From contig ONQE01000001.1 in NCBI GenBank assembly GCA_900319925.1, positions 8,452 to 72,451 of the forward strand: a DNA stretch of 64,000 bases, given 5' to 3'. This document shows positions 62,294-64,000 of the stretch, one piece after another. Every line of letters starts with the position of its first letter. The stretch's first letter is position 1. The notes below the pieces were generated by a model that worked only from the letters and a program-made list of their open reading frames with translations, was not told where the DNA came from and did no database searches. A program made the translations under genes and the position numbers. Source of the DNA: an uncultured Bacteroidales bacterium (lineage in GTDB: Bacteria > Bacteroidota > Bacteroidia > Bacteroidales > WCHB1-69).

Positions 62294-62941
62294 TTATACC
62301 CATTGCCCATTGATAAACGGGTTGTTTCTCCGTTCGTTCCCCACGCTGGTCGGGTCGCCGTGGCCGGAAAGGATGGTTACCTCGTCGGGCAGGGTCAGGA
62401 TTTTCTCGCGGATGCTCTGCAGAAGCTTCTCGCCGTTGCCGGTGGGCAGGTCGCTGCGGCCTACACTCAACTCGAAAATCAAATCGCCGGTGAAAATCAC
62501 CTGGTTGTCGGCGCTGTACAGACAGACGCTGCCTTCGCAGTGGCCGGGCGTGTACAACACGTCCAGATGCTGGTTGCCGAATGTCAGGGTTTCGCCCTCC
62601 TGAATGTAGCGGTCCGGGGCGGGCATATCCTCCAATTCGAAACCGAAGACCGTCGCGTAGGCGTATGCGCGGTTGTATTCCTTCATTCCCGCCTCGTGCA
62701 GCAGGATGTCAACACCGTATTCTTTCTTGCACCACGGATTTCCCGCTATGTGGTCGAGATGCGGATGTGTATTGATGATGTACTTGATATCCAGATGGTT
62801 GTCGGCCACATATTCACGGATTTGTCCGTCTTCGTAAAACCGGCAGTTGCCAGGATCGACAATCACCGCCTCTCTTGTCTCGTCCGACAAGATATAAGTG
62901 TTCACCATCAACGGGTTGAAGTGAAACGTCTTGATTTCCAT
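62294..62941 (-). CDS. MBL-fold metallo-hydrolase
   Basis: Start at the ATG at 62939-62941 (MEIKTFHFNPL). HxHxDH motif (HPHLDH). Confidence 0.8.
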   Translation of the reverse strand: MEIKTFHFNPLMVNTYILSDETREAVIVDPGNCRFYEDGQIREYVADNHLDIKYIINTHPHLDHIAGNPWCKKEYGVDILLHEAGMKEYNRAYAYATVFGFELEDMPAPDRYIQEGETLTFGNQHLDVLYTPGHCEGSVCLYSADNQVIFTGDLIFELSVGRSDLPTGNGEKLLQSIREKILTLPDEVTILSGHGDPTSVGNERRNNPFINGQWV

Positions 62942-63005
62942 ATTCACAAATTTTAACTTGGAACTAGTTACTGCCTCTCGTAACGCTTTATGCTTTTTTA
63001 ACAGG

Positions 63006-64000
63006 TTAAAAGGCAGGTCTGTTCGGATCTGCGGCATATACTTCTTTCACTTTGTGGCCATTCTCGAAGATGGCGCTGTAATACAATTTTCCTTGCGGTG
63101 TCCAGCTCGACCATTTGCCGTGTTTCACACGGTTTTTGAATGCTCCCTGCGTGTGCTTCACGCCGTTGTCGTAGTATTCGGTGAAGGGGCCTTCCGGCAC
63201 GTTGTGAACGAAATTCTGTTGCCGGACCATCTTTTCATGCATGTTGAAGAACACCCATTTGCCCTCCTTCATGTCGTTGGTGTATTTGCCCTTGGACAGG
63301 ATGTGCCCGTTTTGGGCGTATTCGTTCCAGACACCGTTTTTCACGTTGTTGACATATTTCCCCTGACGGTGCATCTTGCCCGACTCTTCCCAGTAAATCG
63401 TGGAGAGCCCGTGCAATTCGCCGTCTTTGTAGTTGTTCTCGTACTTTTTGTAGCCGTTCTCGAACCAGCCTTCCCAATAGCCGTCCATCACAGCATCTTT
63501 GAACGTGCCGCGGTCTTTAACCTTGCCGTTCGGGAAGTAGGCGGTCCATAGTCCGTTTTCCTTGTCGTTCACGAACGTGCCCTCGCGTTGCAGTTTGCCG
63601 TCTTCGAACCATGCTTTCCATAGGCCTTCGCGTTTTCCGTTCACGTAATTGCCTTTGCGCCATACGCTTCCGTTTTCATAGAAGTAGGTCCACACGCCGT
63701 TCTGCAGTCCGTTGTCAAAGTTGCCTTCGCTGCCCAGGCGGCCTTCGGAATCGTAGAATTTCCATAGCCCTTGCTGGAGTCCGTGCACCAGCTTGCCTTC
63801 CATCTCCTTCTTGCCGCCGCGTTGCCACCAGCAAGCGTCGCCTTCGAGCAACCCCATATCGTAGGTGCCTTCGAAGTACTTCTCCCCGTTGTCGAAATAC
63901 TCAACGACGTGACCGTGAACGCTGTCCGCGATGTACATCACTTTCTTGTATAGCTGACCGTTAGGATGGTAGAAAGTCCATTCGCCGTCGCGCTGACCGT
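63006..64000 (-). CDS. MORN-repeat-variant (YwqK-like) protein; 5' end lies outside the window
   Basis: Repeated G.W..Y..NG motifs throughout. My own translation shows the frame stays open beyond the ORF-track start to base 64000 (..GQRDGEWTFYHPNGQLYKKVMY..). Confidence 0.7.
   Translation of the reverse strand, partial: GQRDGEWTFYHPNGQLYKKVMYIADSVHGHVVEYFDNGEKYFEGTYDMGLLEGDACWWQRGGKKEMEGKLVHGLQQGLWKFYDSEGRLGSEGNFDNGLQNGVWTYFYENGSVWRKGNYVNGKREGLWKAWFEDGKLQREGTFVNDKENGLWTAYFPNGKVKDRGTFKDAVMDGYWEGWFENGYKKYENNYKDGELHGLSTIYWEESGKMHRQGKYVNNVKNGVWNEYAQNGHILSKGKYTNDMKEGKWVFFNMHEKMVRQQNFVHNVPEGPFTEYYDNGVKHTQGAFKNRVKHGKWSSWTPQGKLYYSAIFENGHKVKEVYAADPNRPAF

Overview
This 64-kb window is a chromosomal segment from a Bacteroidota (Bacteroidales or Prevotella-like) bacterium. 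The supporting signs are TAnnTTTG -7 promoter boxes ahead of most genes, no obvious Shine-Dalgarno sites, six type IX secretion (T9SS) C-terminal sorting domains, and a Rho with a long basic insertion. I support about 50 protein genes. Most are housekeeping: rho, folP, tilS, sufS, gcvH, frr, pyrH, comF, guaA, cinA, xerD, queD, holA, uvrB, metG, rpiB, ybeY, mnmG, two rubrerythrins and folE. There is one tRNA-Lys(UUU). I saw no rRNA, CRISPR array, transposase or phage gene. The main observations are as follows. (1) Short tandem arrays sit exactly on gene junctions. There are at least four heptanucleotide families plus one 11-mer, about 100 units by hand count. They abut or supply stop and start codons and keep a consistent strand orientation relative to neighbouring genes. 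This is my best candidate for something undescribed. (2) A 630-bp AT-rich gap (41.8-42.5 kb) carries a DnaA-box cluster at a gene-strand switch, making it a candidate oriC. (3) A roughly 0.65-kb direct repeat duplicates an ECF sigma gene and the first 28 codons of a 4-TM partner gene on both sides of a disrupted M16 peptidase. (4) Two membrane-anchored proteins combine LytTR and HTH domains, and one is divergent from two giant FN3-rich T9SS cargo genes. (5) Several nuclease or ATPase genes look internally deleted. All calls come from reading the sequence and from memory of protein families. No database search was run.
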